Of a stretch of DNA of 64,000 bases, positions 61,501 to 64,000 are shown piece by piece (position 1 is the first letter of the stretch; the number at the start of each line of letters is the position of its first letter). The stretch spans positions 250,792-314,791 of the forward strand of contig CAVQRT010000003.1 in assembly GCA_963715195.1 (NCBI GenBank), in the 5' to 3' direction. The notes under the pieces are model-generated. The model worked only from the letters and a program-made list of their open reading frames with translations, was not told the DNA's origin and did not search any database. Source of the DNA: Thermodesulfovibrionales bacterium. GTDB taxonomy: Bacteria > Nitrospirota > Thermodesulfovibrionia > Thermodesulfovibrionales > SM23-35. The translations under genes and the position numbers were made by a program.

Positions 61501-63030
61501 TTTAAAATTACTATCCTGTCATAGGGTATAAGGGTTGGAGCATTGTCCCTGATAAGCCAAATTATTAAATTAATGTTAAGTACAAGCAAATAAAAGTTAT
61601 CCCTGTTCCCGGATTTGGATATTCTGGTAGCTGATACTACATAATGATTTTGGAAGCGCTGGCTATACCTGAGGTTTGAGAATGGGTGGAAGACTACTCC
61701 TGCTGTGGATGGAGCGAGACCCTGGGCTCCAATCACGGGCGCGCCAACCTCCTTGCCTCCAAATACAGGGATGTCGAGGTGGACTATGCATATAATCCAT
61801 TATGGCAATTAGTTTGTTATTCCAGACTTTATGTTATATACCCGTCTATGGACAAAATTGATACACAATTCGGCTTTTGGATAATTGATGTGGATCACCT
61901 ATCAATTTAGGAATGTGTTTCCAACTTCCTAGTTTATGTTTACTTAACATATTATGCTTAGGTAAAGACATTGTTAAGGGATTTACTTGCCATTGATTTA
62001 CCGAACAATCATTTACCTATTTATGGTTTGGTTATTTTTGGTATTATGTGGCCCAAGAATCATATACCGAAGAGATGATGATTATTGGTTTATCCAAAGA
62101 CCTTGGTGAAGCCCAGAGGTTTACCTTGGGGGTTTGCTAGATCATATGGGTTTTTGTCGATGACCATTTGTAAAGACTGCCCAAGTCCATTGGATTTGTG
62201 TGTCTTGGAGGATTAAATCCGAATGTCTATGCTTATGATTGGATGATGTCACCCCGGATGTGCTAGCCTAATTAGGAAGAGATTCCGTTGGATCACAACA
62301 TAATGAGGATACGAAACACGTAGTGAGTACCTCATTGATTTTGTTGGTTATCGGAGTTTGCAAAATGAAAAGGGAAATTGAATTCTTTTGTTGGATAAGA
62401 CTTGGGTACCCAAGTCGGTTTGCTAAAAAGAATTAAATAAAGACAGCACAGCATTAGCTATACGCATTTATAACAATGGCGAGCGGGAAAAAATTAATTT
62501 ATTATATTTAGTTGATCGGACCCTCATCCTAATACAGATTCAAGGACAACGGTAAACCTTTGAAGAGAGACGGCTGGGTATTAAATTTCCTGTTGGTGAT
62601 TTTTCCTGTTGCGGTGTCGGCGAAGCCGTTGGTTTGAAGTTTTTAAAAATTTGCTGCCGGTTTGTGAAATTATTTACCCAAATGATGGGCAAGTTGGAGG
62701 GGAGGCGTCGCTTCACTCGAGCGCTCAAGGTTGGTGTCGCTTCGCCTGGAAAAGGACGCTGAGCTTCGAGGCTGTGTGGCGGAGCAACTTGTAAGGAATA
62801 TTAACTTTAAGGTACCACCAATGCTTCAGGCGTCGGGCTCAGACCGGCGTTTTGGGAAACAAAAGATTCCTAAGCTGCTAAATTATCAAATTCTGAAATT
62901 GCAAACTAAGAAAATCCCAAATTAAATTGAATTTCGATGAACTTAATGGGTAGAGCCAAAACAAGCATGCGATTAGTCCCAATAGTCTAAACACTACAAA
63001 GTATAGCTCTACACGCTAGCTTTAAAAAAA
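58510..63030. other. Non-coding, compositionally foreign sequence (probable chimera or base-calling artefact)
   Basis: No credible ORF over ~4.5 kb, abrupt junction inside prsK, AT-richer eukaryote-like texture. Confidence 0.7.
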
Positions 63031-64000
63031 ATGTTTGAGATAATCATTTCATCTCCTTTAGTCCCGGGCTGCTGCTGATACTGGCCATTTATACCCTTAT
63101 GAAGCAGCGGAATGTAATGGGAATAATGTTCTCATTGTGTCGGTTATGCTCCTTGCCACCGATGACAATCCTGACCTATGTATGGAGTATGATCCCATCA
63201 CGCTCAAGATCGTACTTCATCTCGAGTCTTCCTCCCAGCGATACTATTATTTTACAGCCTGACTTACGCGATATACCGACGGGCGATTTCTCACCAATCT
63301 GGTGGGGTTCTCTCGGCGTGAGCACCATTTTTCCGCTCAGTACAATCCTCTGTCTGTGAACACCTCTTCTCTCGCCCGACATTCAGATCGAACAGATGAT
63401 GTTCCTCGGAAATGCCAGCTACTGGTTTTACATGGGCCTGATGGTGTACTGCATCATGGCATTAGATAAATGTCAGGCGACATACTGCACAGCTTCATTG
63501 AGCGAAAAATGGCCGTGAGTTTCAGGTGGGATCGGGTTCGGGAGGACAGTCCTCCGCTGTTTCTGATATTCTATTTCAGCCAGGGACTGTTGTACCGTTC
63601 GATCAATATGAACCTCACGCCAGTTGCAGAAATAGGGGGTCTTTATCCTCGCTTCCGCTCTCATAGGGTATGCACGGCTCTTCACGGAACTGGGGTCAGA
63701 ATCGCCGTATGCAGTACATTCTCTACCGTTCCACTGACGTTATTGAGCGCACCGTTGGCTTATACCTGCTTATGCTCGGGCTGATCGGTGAGGGGCTCAG
63801 ATACTTCGGCGTCTCCTTCAGCAGGATGTGACAAAATATACGCTTTTGCAACCGGCATCGGCATGATCATTGTGTTGCTCTCCAGCAGGAGCGAGGAGAC
63901 GCACCGTGTGTCCTTAGAAAACACTTCTTTGCCCAACATTGAATACCGGGATGAATGGCTCGATTCGGAACGTCTGTCCTCTTGCAAAATCGTTGCGGAT
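63031..64000 (+). other. Inverted, indel-rich second copy of the prsK 5' region
   Basis: 63189-64000 is the reverse complement of about 57679-58497 with many indels; 63031 onward (MFEIIISS...) looks like the missing prsK start. Confidence 0.9.

Noticed and set aside
58510..63030. Short ORFs as genes, or horizontal transfer from a eukaryote
   Set aside because: No recognisable motifs or RBS, and the segment lies between mirror copies typical of an artefact.
63189..64000. Diverged prsK copy as a diversity-generating retroelement TR/VR pair or a real paralogue
   Set aside because: Differences are mostly indels rather than adenine-specific substitutions, there is no reverse transcriptase, and the pattern fits read error.

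Overview
Bacterial chromosome segment; gene style suggests an anaerobic Nitrospirota (Thermodesulfovibrionia-like) organism, which is an inference. Positions 1-58.5 kb are mostly housekeeping and envelope genes: rnr, mazG, leuBD, rtcA, ampG/DUF1460/nagA, an rml-man-gmd-fcl nucleotide-sugar cluster, uvrB, class II FBP aldolase, the tol-pal operon, ftsH, rsmA and a PEP-CTERM-type prsK/prsR pair. There are three tRNAs (Asn-GTT, Pro-CGG, Ser-TGA). Features the ORF track misses: (1) a ~3.1 kb integrative-element remnant at tRNA-Ser, bounded by a 27-bp att repeat, carrying what folds as a 6S RNA plus a second structured RNA next to a broken tyrosine integrase; (2) two probable selenoproteins, a glutaredoxin-like protein with two in-frame UGA codons and a DsbC with a UPYC motif; (3) a coupled pair of an AcsE-like methyl-THF methyltransferase and a TsrM-like B12 radical SAM enzyme; (4) a ~125-bp CCUCC-hairpin element shared by both tRNA-adjacent regions; (5) several families of REP/MITE-like palindromes, one flanking a DUF559 nuclease. 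The last ~5.5 kb looks like a long-read fold-back or chimera artefact: non-coding foreign-looking DNA followed by an inverted, indel-rich copy of prsK. Single-base frameshifts in the right-hand part are therefore probably sequencing errors.
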